A DNA stretch of 64,000 bases from Candidatus Enterousia sp. (GTDB lineage: Bacteria; Pseudomonadota; Alphaproteobacteria; Rs-D84). The stretch spans positions 22,310-86,309 of the forward strand of contig JAZRLB010000013.1 in the NCBI GenBank assembly GCA_045646625.1. The letters run 5' to 3'. The notes below the pieces were generated by a model. The model was given only the letters and a program-made list of their open reading frames with translations. It searched no databases and had not been told where the DNA came from. Shown one piece after another: positions 35,311 to 45,207 of the stretch (the stretch's first letter is position 1; every line of letters starts with the position of its first letter). Both the position numbers and the translations under genes were made by a program.

Positions 35311-36170
35311 AAGTTGGTGTAATTGGGGCAGGTGCTTGGGGTACCGCACTGGCAATAACCGCTGCACGGGGCGGCGCAGACGTCGTTCTGTGGTCTTATG
35401 ATGGGGCGCACCATAATTTTGAAGACGTTGAATTGCCGTCACATATTCGTATAACATCGCAGATAACAGATGTGCGCGATACAGATGTGTGGCTGGTGGT
35501 GACACCGGGGGCTTTTTTCCGCGAAACTATGCGCAAAGCACGTGATACATATAACGGTCAACCTGTGATTATCTGCACAAAAGGTGCTGAATGCAGCAGC
35601 GGCCAATTTATGTCTGAAATTTTACAGACTGAAATCCCAGAATGTGTGGATTTTGGTGTACTGTCGGGACCACAATTCGCAGCCGAGGTTGCGCGCGGCG
35701 TACCAACAGGTTCAACACTGGCCGGAACAAACAGCGCAATTGTCGCGGGGCAGGGCGCATTAAACAAACTGTATCTGGAAATCAGTTCCGATATTATCGG
35801 CACCCAGGTTTGTGGCGTTGGAAAAAATGCCGTTGCGTTGATTTGCGGTTATAACAGTATCGCAGCACGCGGTGAAAACGAACGCGCAATGATTTTTACA
35901 CGCGCTTGGAATGAAGTCGCAAGCATCGGATTGGCAATGGGGGCACAGCTGCAAACATTTTTAGGACTGTGTGGAATTGGGGATTTATTCCTGTCCGCAA
36001 CCAGCGCAACCAGCCGTAATTTTTCAGGCGGTTTGGCAATTGCCCAGGGAAATCCACCCCAAGGTACAGTCGAGGGTATTTTTGCACTGTGCGGTTTAAT
36101 TGCACGTGCACGTGATTTGGGAATCGATACCCCAACACTGAATGAAATGCAGGAAAAATTAAGTAAATAA
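35307..36170 (+). CDS. gpsA: NAD(P)H-dependent glycerol-3-phosphate dehydrogenase
   Basis: MKVGVIGAGAWGTALA dinucleotide fold, GPQFAAEVARGVPT and a NRNFSGG-like motif. 4-nt overlap with the upstream gene. Confidence 0.88.
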   Translation: MKVGVIGAGAWGTALAITAARGGADVVLWSYDGAHHNFEDVELPSHIRITSQITDVRDTDVWLVVTPGAFFRETMRKARDTYNGQPVIICTKGAECSSGQFMSEILQTEIPECVDFGVLSGPQFAAEVARGVPTGSTLAGTNSAIVAGQGALNKLYLEISSDIIGTQVCGVGKNAVALICGYNSIAARGENERAMIFTRAWNEVASIGLAMGAQLQTFLGLCGIGDLFLSATSATSRNFSGGLAIAQGNPPQGTVEGIFALCGLIARARDLGIDTPTLNEMQEKLSK

Positions 36171-36199
36171 AAAACCCGCCAAATGGCGGGATTTTTTTA
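36171..36199. terminator. bidirectional terminator (gpsA / ompA-like)
   Basis: CCCGCC-AAAT-GGCGGG flanked by an A-tract and T7. Confidence 0.75.
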
Positions 36200-36835
36200 T
36201 TTGTTTGGAATAATTTTAATTTCAACACGACGGTTTTGAGCACGACCATTGGCATTGGCATTTGACGCAATTGGATTCGAAGACCCTAAACCCAGAACTT
36301 CAAAACGTGATGATTTTACACCCTGGCCTTGGAGATACGCCGCAACAGAACCCGCACGTTCACGTGACAAATTCAGATTGTATTCTGCAGAACCAGTGCT
36401 GTCCGTATGACCAGACACCATAACAGTTGAATTTGAATATTTATTTAATACTTTGGCCACAGAGTTTAACACTGGATAGAAAGACGAATTAATATCCGCG
36501 GAATCTGTCTTGAACGTAATGTTGCCAGGCATAATTAAACGAATGCTGTCAGAATCTTCGATAACCTGGACACCAGTCGACACCAGTTCCGCACGCAATT
36601 CCGCAGCCTGGGCGTCAAGATAATAACCAACACCACCGCCAACCGCAGCACCAGCCAGGCCACCAATCAGGGCACCTTCGCTGCTTTGTGTTGAACCAAT
36701 CAGTGCACCAGTCGCCGCCCCAATAGCGGCCCCCCACGTTGATTTAGATGTTTGTGTCTGACCCGTGTATGGGTTGACAGTTGTACAACCCGCAACCAAT
36801 GCCAACACAGCTAAAATAGATACTGTTTTTTTCAT
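36197..36835 (-). CDS. OmpA-family lipoprotein with an N-terminal Gly-zipper region (YiaD-like)
   Basis: Lipobox LVAGC, Gly-rich GAAIGAATGALIG. C-terminal OmpA domain (GHTDSTGSAEYNLNLSRERA...NRRVEI). Confidence 0.85.
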   Translation of the reverse strand: MKKTVSILAVLALVAGCTTVNPYTGQTQTSKSTWGAAIGAATGALIGSTQSSEGALIGGLAGAAVGGGVGYYLDAQAAELRAELVSTGVQVIEDSDSIRLIMPGNITFKTDSADINSSFYPVLNSVAKVLNKYSNSTVMVSGHTDSTGSAEYNLNLSRERAGSVAAYLQGQGVKSSRFEVLGLGSSNPIASNANANGRAQNRRVEIKIIPNK

Positions 36836-36909
36836 TTTATCTCCCTTGCTGTTAATCAATGCGAGTATTTTATACTATAATTTTTGAAAACACAAAATAT
36901 TTATAACCC

Positions 36910-37116
36910 TTATCGGGTTTTGCTTTTTTGGCTTATTGCAAATGTAATCGCCTTGCTTTTAATAGTATCTGTTTTAAACTGATCGGTTTTGTTTGCAGGT
37001 TCAACAGTCGTTGAGTTCGTTTTTTGCGCAAATTTAGAATTTAAACTGAATACAAGAATAATAGAGACGGCACAAATACCCGCGTCTTCAAAAAATTCCT
37101 TTATATTATTTTTCAT
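36910..37116 (-). CDS. possible small membrane protein (68 aa)
   Basis: ORF from MKNNIKEFFEDAGICAVSIILVF. The longer form in the ORF track overlaps the tRNA and its terminator. Weak. Confidence 0.25.
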   Translation of the reverse strand: MKNNIKEFFEDAGICAVSIILVFSLNSKFAQKTNSTTVEPANKTDQFKTDTIKSKAITFAISQKSKTR

Positions 37117-37140
37117 TAAAAATCCCCATAGAATCGCGAA

Positions 37141-37162
37141 TAAAAAACCGCCAATGGCGGTT
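37141..37162 (-). terminator. terminator after tRNA-Val(UAC)
   Basis: Minus strand AACCGCC-ATT-GGCGGTT followed by TTTTTA. Confidence 0.6.
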
Positions 37163-37169
37163 GAATTTC

Positions 37170-37246
37170 TGGTGGGTGTTGAGGGACTCAAACCCCCGAC
37201 CCTCTCGGTGTAAACGAGATGCTCTAATCAACTGAGCTAAACACCC
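37170..37246 (-). tRNA. tRNA-Val (anticodon UAC)
   Basis: Reverse complement GGGTGTTTAGCTCAGTTGATTAGAGCA-TCTCG-TTTACAC-CGAGA...GTTTGAGTCCCTC-AACACCC-ACCA. Confidence 0.9.
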
Positions 37247-37283
37247 AAAGCTTTATAGCGGACGAATAATATAACATCTTTTT

Positions 37284-38024
37284 CTATTTGTCCAGTGTTT
37301 TTTTACCGTTTTCAACATTAAATGCTTCGCCGCCAACATTTATGCGCCCCGCGACGTATTCAGGGGCCGCGATACGCTTAACAGGCGAACGCCAGAAAAC
37401 AGCCCCATCCAACAAGGATATCGCATAAAGATTATTGTCAGTCGATACCACAAATGCATAATTTCCAGCAATCACAAATGAATTGGCGGTCGCAATGTTT
37501 ATGCACCACTTTTTATTACCAGATGTGGCGTTTACACGACAAAACGCGTCCCCCAGACCACCTGCATAGACGGAATCACCATAGGGAACAATCGGTGCAA
37601 CAATATCAACAACAGATGCACCACCGGTCATATTACTGGCCCGATAAATGTCTGCAATCCAGATAATCTGGCGATTCTTGGGGTTAATTTTTACCAATTC
37701 GCCCGTTGTCAGACCTGCGTATACGTATTTACCACTGCACACCGGGGTATGTGTGGCCGATACTGTGTTGTTTGTTGGAAAACCACTGAAAATTTTTCGT
37801 GTGCCGTCCCAGACAATATTGTTTGAATCCTGGGTGTATGAACAATTCGAATTGTCAACTGCGTGCGCGAATTCCGGAATATCTGTGATGGTTTTATTCT
37901 GGACATTAATGTTATCTGTTTCAAAAACAGGTGTGCGAACACCAGGTAATATAGGGTCGTGCTTGTCACACGCGCTTAAACCCACAACACAACAAATAAT
38001 CGCAATTATTCGACGCATATTCAT
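37284..38024 (-). CDS. PQQ-like beta-propeller lipoprotein (short BamB-like)
   Basis: Lipobox GLSAC. Repeated motifs of the type VYAG...G.L.A....G...W. Sits downstream of a YfgM-like gene, as in yfgM-bamB synteny. Only 246 aa. Confidence 0.6.
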   Translation of the reverse strand: MNMRRIIAIICCVVGLSACDKHDPILPGVRTPVFETDNINVQNKTITDIPEFAHAVDNSNCSYTQDSNNIVWDGTRKIFSGFPTNNTVSATHTPVCSGKYVYAGLTTGELVKINPKNRQIIWIADIYRASNMTGGASVVDIVAPIVPYGDSVYAGGLGDAFCRVNATSGNKKWCINIATANSFVIAGNYAFVVSTDNNLYAISLLDGAVFWRSPVKRIAAPEYVAGRINVGGEAFNVENGKKTLDK

Positions 38025-38030
38025 TCCCCA

Positions 38031-38681
38031 TTAACGCAATGTTGCCGCAGTTGCCGCTATTGTCGATGGCGCTTTTTTGTCCGCAATTATTTTATCCAAT
38101 ATTTTATTTGCAGCATCCGTTTCACCCGACGACAAATATTTCTGGGCCAGGGTTATTTGTGCAGTGTAATAAAATGGTGAACTTTTTGTGTTCAAATCAG
38201 ACAGGTATTTTTTCATATCGTCCAATGACATTTCATCGCCACGAATTCCAACAATGTGCAAACGCGCCAAATCACGGAAATCGCGCGTATTGCCACTGTT
38301 TGCTAATTTTTCCAGTTTGTTTACGTCTTTGTCTAGCAAATACGATTGAAACAGCGCCAAATCCGCAGTCGCACCAGACGCATTTTCAGACAAAGCCGCC
38401 AAGGCATTCGCATCCATATTTTCAATCGCCATTTCATAGGCTGTTGCTGTTGCAATTTTATTCGCACGATATGTACGCACGCCAATCTGGACAGATGTCG
38501 CGATAATCATTATCACAAACGCAGCAACCATCATATGTTTTGAATACTTTTTAATGAACTGCATTGTTTTTTCGTTGTTCACATCTTCCCAGACTTCACG
38601 ATACAGGGCGTCCTGCATATGTTCTGCGCGTGTCTTTTTAGGGGCTTTGGTGTTTTTGTTTCTTTCCAGCATGGTTGCCAT
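38031..38681 (-). CDS. membrane-anchored helical-repeat protein (YfgM/DUF2659-like)
   Basis: Single TM helix (HMMVAAFVIMIIATSVQIG), then a helical-repeat domain. AGGAGA Shine-Dalgarno. Confidence 0.55.
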   Translation of the reverse strand: MATMLERNKNTKAPKKTRAEHMQDALYREVWEDVNNEKTMQFIKKYSKHMMVAAFVIMIIATSVQIGVRTYRANKIATATAYEMAIENMDANALAALSENASGATADLALFQSYLLDKDVNKLEKLANSGNTRDFRDLARLHIVGIRGDEMSLDDMKKYLSDLNTKSSPFYYTAQITLAQKYLSSGETDAANKILDKIIADKKAPSTIAATAATLR

Positions 38682-38735
38682 AATACTATTCTCCTGTGCT
38701 TGATAATTATTTATTTATGGTATACTATAAAAGTT

Positions 38736-39650
38736 ATGAGCAAGGAAATCAAGACTACTTTACCAGCAAATAATGCAAACAGCATTGTGGCTGCACGCGG
38801 CGTCAGTGATGACGCGTCACTGTCCCAGTATATTCAAAATGTTCAAAAAATACCCGTTCTGACCGCTGAACAAGAATATGAATATGCAACAAAATGGGTG
38901 CAAAATCAGGATAAATTTGCGGCTGAAAAACTGGTCGCCAGTCATTTGCGACTGGTCGTGTCGGTGGCATACGACTATAAGAACTATGGTATTCCGGTCG
39001 GCGAACTGATTGCCAGTGGAAATATGGGACTGATGCAGGCGTTGCAAAAATTTGACCCAGACAAAGGATTTCGATTTTCTACATACGCAATGTTCTGGAT
39101 CAAGGCTGAGATTTATGAAACTATTCTTAACAACTGGTCAATTGTGCGAATTGGAACAAGTGCAAACCAAAAACGTGTTTTCTTTAATCTGGCACGGGCA
39201 AAGCGGGCGCTGGGGATCATGGACAACAATCTGTCCGAAGAACAAACAAAACAAATCGCCGAATATCTGGATGTGCCAGAACGCGACGTAGAACGTATGG
39301 CAACCCGCGTCGGGGCACGCGATGTGTCACTGAACGCGCCAATGAATTCAGATGATGGTGCAACAGATATTTTATCAAATATGACAGATGGACATGATAC
39401 AATCGAAGAAACACTGGAACAAATCGAATTCCGTCGTCGTGGATATGATTTGCTGAAAAAACATTTGAAAAAAATGTCTGAACGCGACCGGGCAATTTTA
39501 ACGGCACGACGCCTGACTCAGCCGGTCGCAACGTTAGAGTCATTGTCACAAAAATACGGAATTTCACGCGAACGCGTCCGTCAAATAGAAGAACGCGCAT
39601 ATAACAAACTGCGCGATGCGATTTTAAAGGAAACAGGGGAACAAAATTAA
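38736..39650 (+). CDS. rpoH: RNA polymerase sigma-32 factor RpoH
   Basis: Sigma-70 regions 2 and 4 plus an RpoH-box-like segment (NQKRVFFNLARAKRAL). Start at MSKEIK. Confidence 0.9.
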   Translation: MSKEIKTTLPANNANSIVAARGVSDDASLSQYIQNVQKIPVLTAEQEYEYATKWVQNQDKFAAEKLVASHLRLVVSVAYDYKNYGIPVGELIASGNMGLMQALQKFDPDKGFRFSTYAMFWIKAEIYETILNNWSIVRIGTSANQKRVFFNLARAKRALGIMDNNLSEEQTKQIAEYLDVPERDVERMATRVGARDVSLNAPMNSDDGATDILSNMTDGHDTIEETLEQIEFRRRGYDLLKKHLKKMSERDRAILTARRLTQPVATLESLSQKYGISRERVRQIEERAYNKLRDAILKETGEQN

Positions 39651-40676
39651 ATGTCTGGCATAGGGAAATTATATGCCGTATTGGCTGTGATGCTTTTCGC
39701 GCCAAATGCGGCAAATGCGTTGCAATATGATTTAGGAAAATTTTCTGCAAAACTTACAGGGTATGCAACAGGCGGGATTATAAATCCTGATTTTGAAACA
39801 CCGCTGTCAATCGGTGATTGGCGGGGGCGCACACAATTAACGTATGATTTGAATGATGAATATAAATTCGGGGCGGTTTATGCACTGGACAAGGCTGCAC
39901 TGGACAAAGGAAATCTTTACCGTGAAACATTTGGGTATATAGAATCGCGCAGTTATGGACGAATTGAATTTGGTTTGACAGATTCTATTGCACGAAAACT
40001 GGGGGTTGGATTGCCAGATGTTGGTGGGCTGCGTATTAATGACAGACCGTTATACAATGAAAAAATTATCCCAGACGGACCAATTATCGCAGACACAACC
40101 CTGACATCGGGACGTAGTGACCCACGTATCAATATTGTATCAGCCCCTAAAAACGGTGCGCAATACGGCGTATCTGCATCTGGTTTTGCAGGAAATTATG
40201 ACTTTGCGGTGGACGCAGGAATAAAAATTCGACGCCCATCAGGCAAAGTTAAGACAGCGTACTCGGCAGGATTTTCATTTATGGATAATCCACACGACTT
40301 TGATGTCGAGGTTTATACACCAGGCGTCACCGCCGATTGGCGTGGACAAATGTCACTGGGGATGAATTTACAATACAACAGCTGGATTTGGGGAACGACC
40401 GCACGTATTATCTATGACAATAACCCAGTTGACAAAGTTTCTGATGGATTCGTCGTCGGAACAGGTGTCAGTTATGATTTGCTAAAATACAGCGTGTCTT
40501 TGACTTATATGCTATCAGATACAGGCGTTTGGCAATCTGATATAGATGATTTTATTGACCATATGGCAATCGCATCTTTCCGATACAAATACAGCGAAAA
40601 TGTCGACGGATGGATGTCGGGCGGTATAACATCAAAAACACCGTTTATTTCGGCGGGACTAAGATTGACTTTTTAA
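39651..40676 (+). CDS. outer-membrane beta-barrel (porin-like) protein
   Basis: Signal peptide AVLAVMLFAPNAANA, alternating-hydrophobicity strands, and a C-terminal ...GLRLTF ending in aromatic Phe. Confidence 0.6.
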   Translation: MSGIGKLYAVLAVMLFAPNAANALQYDLGKFSAKLTGYATGGIINPDFETPLSIGDWRGRTQLTYDLNDEYKFGAVYALDKAALDKGNLYRETFGYIESRSYGRIEFGLTDSIARKLGVGLPDVGGLRINDRPLYNEKIIPDGPIIADTTLTSGRSDPRINIVSAPKNGAQYGVSASGFAGNYDFAVDAGIKIRRPSGKVKTAYSAGFSFMDNPHDFDVEVYTPGVTADWRGQMSLGMNLQYNSWIWGTTARIIYDNNPVDKVSDGFVVGTGVSYDLLKYSVSLTYMLSDTGVWQSDIDDFIDHMAIASFRYKYSENVDGWMSGGITSKTPFISAGLRLTF

Positions 40677-40716
40677 TGACTTAATTGTTTTTTTATGATA
40701 TAATTCGCGCAAGAGA

Positions 40717-42915
40717 ATGAAAAAACTGCTGACGTGTTTTTTTGCGATTATGGCTGTTGCGCCGGGTACTGTTATTGCCAAGGCGGCTGTTTCGCGTGCA
40801 ATCCCGACAACGAATGATGCGGCAACGGCGGACACCACTGGACGTGGTGACGCAACATACACAACTACAAACACCGCAACACGGGCGGCTGTGTCACGTG
40901 TTTTTTCAGGCGAAGTTGAAAAATCCACAGGCGCGGCCCGAACGGGTGTAATTTCACGCGCACTGTCATCAGATCAGACAGATACGAATTCTGCACGTTC
41001 AAATTTAGAAGCAGCGGTAAATACAGTTGGACGCAACACACGCGTTTCCAAAGCCAGCATTAACAATAATCCCGCCGTGCGACGCGCAGGTTTGACACTG
41101 CGCCCATCCACGGCCGAGGTAGGGGGACGTGCGACAATTGGTGATACAGGTATTCAAACGGGTTCTAATATAGACGAAGTTGTTCGGGGGGTTAAATCAC
41201 GTTCCGCAGCAACCGCAACAGCTGAATCCATTGCAGACGCAACAACACGACTGGAACAAACCGCGACCCTGAATAAATCGTGCCAGGAACAGTATAACGA
41301 ATGTATGGATCAATTCTGTGCGGTAGTTGACGCAAATCAAAAACGGTGTTCTTGTTCCGCGAACTTGAGCCAGTATACCAAGGTAGAACAGGCCGTCAAA
41401 GATGCAAACACACAATTAAACGAAGTTGCACAACGAATTCGTTATGTCGGATTGTCGGCCGATGAAATTCGCGCAATTATGACCGAAACCGAAGCTGAAG
41501 AAGCTTTGTCAGGCACGGTTGATACATCTGAAACACGAAATATGCTGGAAGAAATCGAAGATTTAATTCGCGACCCGGTATCTAATACTTCATACACATC
41601 GGATACGTTTACAAGCCTGGATATGGATTTAGATTTTTCGTCAGATACACTGGATATTTTCAGTCTGGATTTTCTGGGCGGCGACACAAGCGGCAGTTTT
41701 TCAAACCTGCGCGGACGTGATTTGTATAATGCTGCAAAAAAAAGATGCAATTCTGTTTTGACACAATGCAAGAATGCAGGCGCAACATCTGGCCAAATAA
41801 CAGGCAATTATGATTTGGCAATCGATAAAGACTGTATCGCATATGAACAGGGATTGGTCAAAATGAATGAAACACTAGTTTCAAATGTGCGCAGCGCAAA
41901 TCGTATGTTGCAAAAAGCACGACTGGCCGTGTTGCAAAACAAAAACCAGTATGATGCCAAGGGTTGTATTGGTGCACTGGAAACCTGTATGAAAGATGAT
42001 ATGGTTTGCGGCGAAGACTATCTGAAATGTGTCGATCCAACCAAACGATATATCGACGAAAATGGCGAAGTTGTTCTGGGACAGAAAATTTCAGATATTT
42101 TGGATTTTATGACAAATTACAACAATGCAAATATTAATGACACGTTTTTGGAAAATGCGTACAGCAAACAAATAATCAATACACAAAATTGTAAATCAGA
42201 TGCAACTGGCGCTTCTGCTTTGGGCGGGAACGACGGGTCGTGTGTTGCGAAATATTTATTGCAAAAAATCGGCACCAAGCAAAACATCACAGACGAGGGG
42301 TTATGTCGTGCCGTTCTGGACAAATGTCAGCGCGTGACATACGACACATCCGGTAATTACAAACCGTACAATGATGTTGTTGTAAATTATGTTCAACGTG
42401 CAATGGTCAATATTCGCGCCGCCCAGCAACGTGCGATTTCGGAATATGCGTCAAAATGTATGCTTGATATTGCACAATGCTATAACCAACAGGTGAACCA
42501 GGTAAATGCCTGGTCAACATCGGCGAGTGTTGGCAGTATATATAATGTTATGCGGGGTGCGTGCCGCAACGTTGCATTAACGTGCGCATACGCAGTGTTT
42601 TATAAAGACAAGGACAGTTGCCCAACAACAAACGATGATATGTGTATAAACAGCATATCTGAAATGTTCTATCAGTCTTTGCTGTGCCCAGAAAATTCAA
42701 CATATACCGCAACAGCAGCAGGTTCAACAAGTTATAGTTATAATTATGTTAACGCACATTGCGTATGCAACGATGGATACGAACCATGGGGCAGTGCCTG
42801 TGTCGTGAAATGTGGTGATGAAAAAATGACAAGAAATACATACGGCACGTGCGTGTGCAATTCTGGGTTAACATTGGTTGGCGGTGTTTGCATGACTCCA
42901 GTAATAGAAAATTAA
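40717..42915 (+). CDS. large secreted cysteine-rich protein with C-terminal EGF-like modules, unknown family
   Basis: 732 aa. Signal peptide, degenerate xVSRx repeats at the N-terminus, and about 30 Cys in the mature part by my count. CVCNDGYEPWGSAC fits C-x-C-x2-G-Y-x6-C. Confidence 0.7.
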   Translation: MKKLLTCFFAIMAVAPGTVIAKAAVSRAIPTTNDAATADTTGRGDATYTTTNTATRAAVSRVFSGEVEKSTGAARTGVISRALSSDQTDTNSARSNLEAAVNTVGRNTRVSKASINNNPAVRRAGLTLRPSTAEVGGRATIGDTGIQTGSNIDEVVRGVKSRSAATATAESIADATTRLEQTATLNKSCQEQYNECMDQFCAVVDANQKRCSCSANLSQYTKVEQAVKDANTQLNEVAQRIRYVGLSADEIRAIMTETEAEEALSGTVDTSETRNMLEEIEDLIRDPVSNTSYTSDTFTSLDMDLDFSSDTLDIFSLDFLGGDTSGSFSNLRGRDLYNAAKKRCNSVLTQCKNAGATSGQITGNYDLAIDKDCIAYEQGLVKMNETLVSNVRSANRMLQKARLAVLQNKNQYDAKGCIGALETCMKDDMVCGEDYLKCVDPTKRYIDENGEVVLGQKISDILDFMTNYNNANINDTFLENAYSKQIINTQNCKSDATGASALGGNDGSCVAKYLLQKIGTKQNITDEGLCRAVLDKCQRVTYDTSGNYKPYNDVVVNYVQRAMVNIRAAQQRAISEYASKCMLDIAQCYNQQVNQVNAWSTSASVGSIYNVMRGACRNVALTCAYAVFYKDKDSCPTTNDDMCINSISEMFYQSLLCPENSTYTATAAGSTSYSYNYVNAHCVCNDGYEPWGSACVVKCGDEKMTRNTYGTCVCNSGLTLVGGVCMTPVIEN

Positions 42916-42919
42916 CATA

Positions 42920-42950
42920 AAAAATACATCCCGCAAATGCGGGATTTTTT

Positions 42951-42953
<3 letters not shown>
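42920..42953. terminator. bidirectional terminator (Cys-rich gene / mreB)
   Basis: ATCCCGC-AAAT-GCGGGAT followed by T8, with an A-tract on the other side. Confidence 0.75.
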
Positions 42954-44015
<1,062 letters not shown>

Positions 44016-44105
44016 TTATGATTTTTTTGAACTATAATTCACGATATTCAAAAAATCAAGCAAGCCCAATAAATTTATTTGACTTGTCAGATATTGTGAT
44101 ATGAT

Positions 44106-44462
44106 ATGTCCACTATGAAACGAGATACAATTAAAAATCATAGCGACTTTGCAATGGGTGAAAATGCCCCAGTGGCAAAGTGCGCATATTTCCTGGCGCG
44201 TGCAAAAAAGGCTAAATTCCCAGACGATGCGCGATATGGTATGATTGTGACTAAAAAGACTTTTAAACACGCCGTTGATCGTAATCGCGCAAAACGTTTG
44301 TTGCGTGACTGGATTGCGTTCAACGAACATATGATGCGACCTGAATGGGATTATGTGTTCATAATTCGTCGCGCAATTATTGATGCAGACCGTACTTCGG
44401 GTCGCGTTGCAATGAAAAAAGCGCTGCATTATCTGCGTAAACAGGAAATTAATGCCGATTAA
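44106..44462 (+). CDS. rnpA: ribonuclease P protein component
   Basis: Basic 118-aa protein. [20 protein letters not shown] is the RNR motif region. Followed by yidD with an 11-nt overlap. Confidence 0.8.
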   Translation: MSTMKRDTIKNHSDFAMGENAPVAKCAYFLARAKKAKFPDDARYGMIVTKKTFKHAVDRNRAKRLLRDWIAFNEHMMRPEWDYVFIIRRAIIDADRTSGRVAMKKALHYLRKQEINAD

Positions 44463-44688
44463 AATGTCCCCAGTACAAAATGTTGCGATTGCTTTGGTGC
44501 GCGTGTATCAATGCGCAATTTCACCATTCACTGGGGGCAGGGCGGCGTGCAGATTTACCCCAACCTGCAGTGAATATACAAAACAAGCAATCCAAAAATA
44601 CGGCGCCTTTCGTGGGGGATGGATGGGTGTAAAACGTATTTTTCGTTGTCGCCCGGGCGGCGGGTATGGATACGACCCTGTGCCTTGA
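44452..44688 (+). CDS. yidD: membrane protein insertion efficiency factor YidD
   Basis: [32 protein letters not shown]...[13 protein letters not shown]. Confidence 0.9.
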   Translation: MPIKMSPVQNVAIALVRVYQCAISPFTGGRAACRFTPTCSEYTKQAIQKYGAFRGGWMGVKRIFRCRPGGGYGYDPVP

Positions 44689-44755
44689 CAATGGGCGCAT
44701 ATGTGGTACAATTTAAGTCTGTGCATGACAGTAAATTATACATAAAGGATTAAAT

Positions 44756-45196
44756 ATGTCATTTCGTGCAACCGTTGAATCTATGTCAAAAATCATGGAC
44801 GATATGGGAATTACTGAATTGGATTTAGAACGCCAATTCTTGTTCGGCGTATATCGCAAACATATTCATTTGTCTAAACAACAGGCCGTGGCGCTGGCTT
44901 CTGCACCAGCAACAGGGGACACTAAAATCACCAAGACAGACACGCCAAAAGCAACTCTTGATGGATATGCGTTAAAGTCACCAATGGTTGGGGTTGTGTA
45001 TCTGGCACCAGAACCTGGCGCAGACGCTTTTGTTTCTGTCGGTAAACAGATTAAGGCAGGTGAAACTGTTGCACTGGTCGAAGCAATGAAAACATTTAAC
45101 CCAATAAAATCTGATAAAGATGGTGTTGTCAAAGAAATACTGGTGTCTGATGGGGCGGCGGTTGAATTTGACCAGCCTTTGATTGTAATTGAATAA
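44756..45196 (+). CDS. accB: acetyl-CoA carboxylase biotin carboxyl carrier protein
   Basis: C-terminal biotinyl domain with VEAMKTFN (biotin-Lys). Confidence 0.9.
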   Translation: MSFRATVESMSKIMDDMGITELDLERQFLFGVYRKHIHLSKQQAVALASAPATGDTKITKTDTPKATLDGYALKSPMVGVVYLAPEPGADAFVSVGKQIKAGETVALVEAMKTFNPIKSDKDGVVKEILVSDGAAVEFDQPLIVIE

Positions 45197-45207
45197 AAAA
45201 TTTCAAA

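Noticed and set aside
44016-44429. 137-aa minus-strand ORF.
   Set aside because: It is completely antisense to rnpA, which has the conserved basic RNR motif and yidD synteny. The translation is Cys/His/Phe-rich and non-protein-like.
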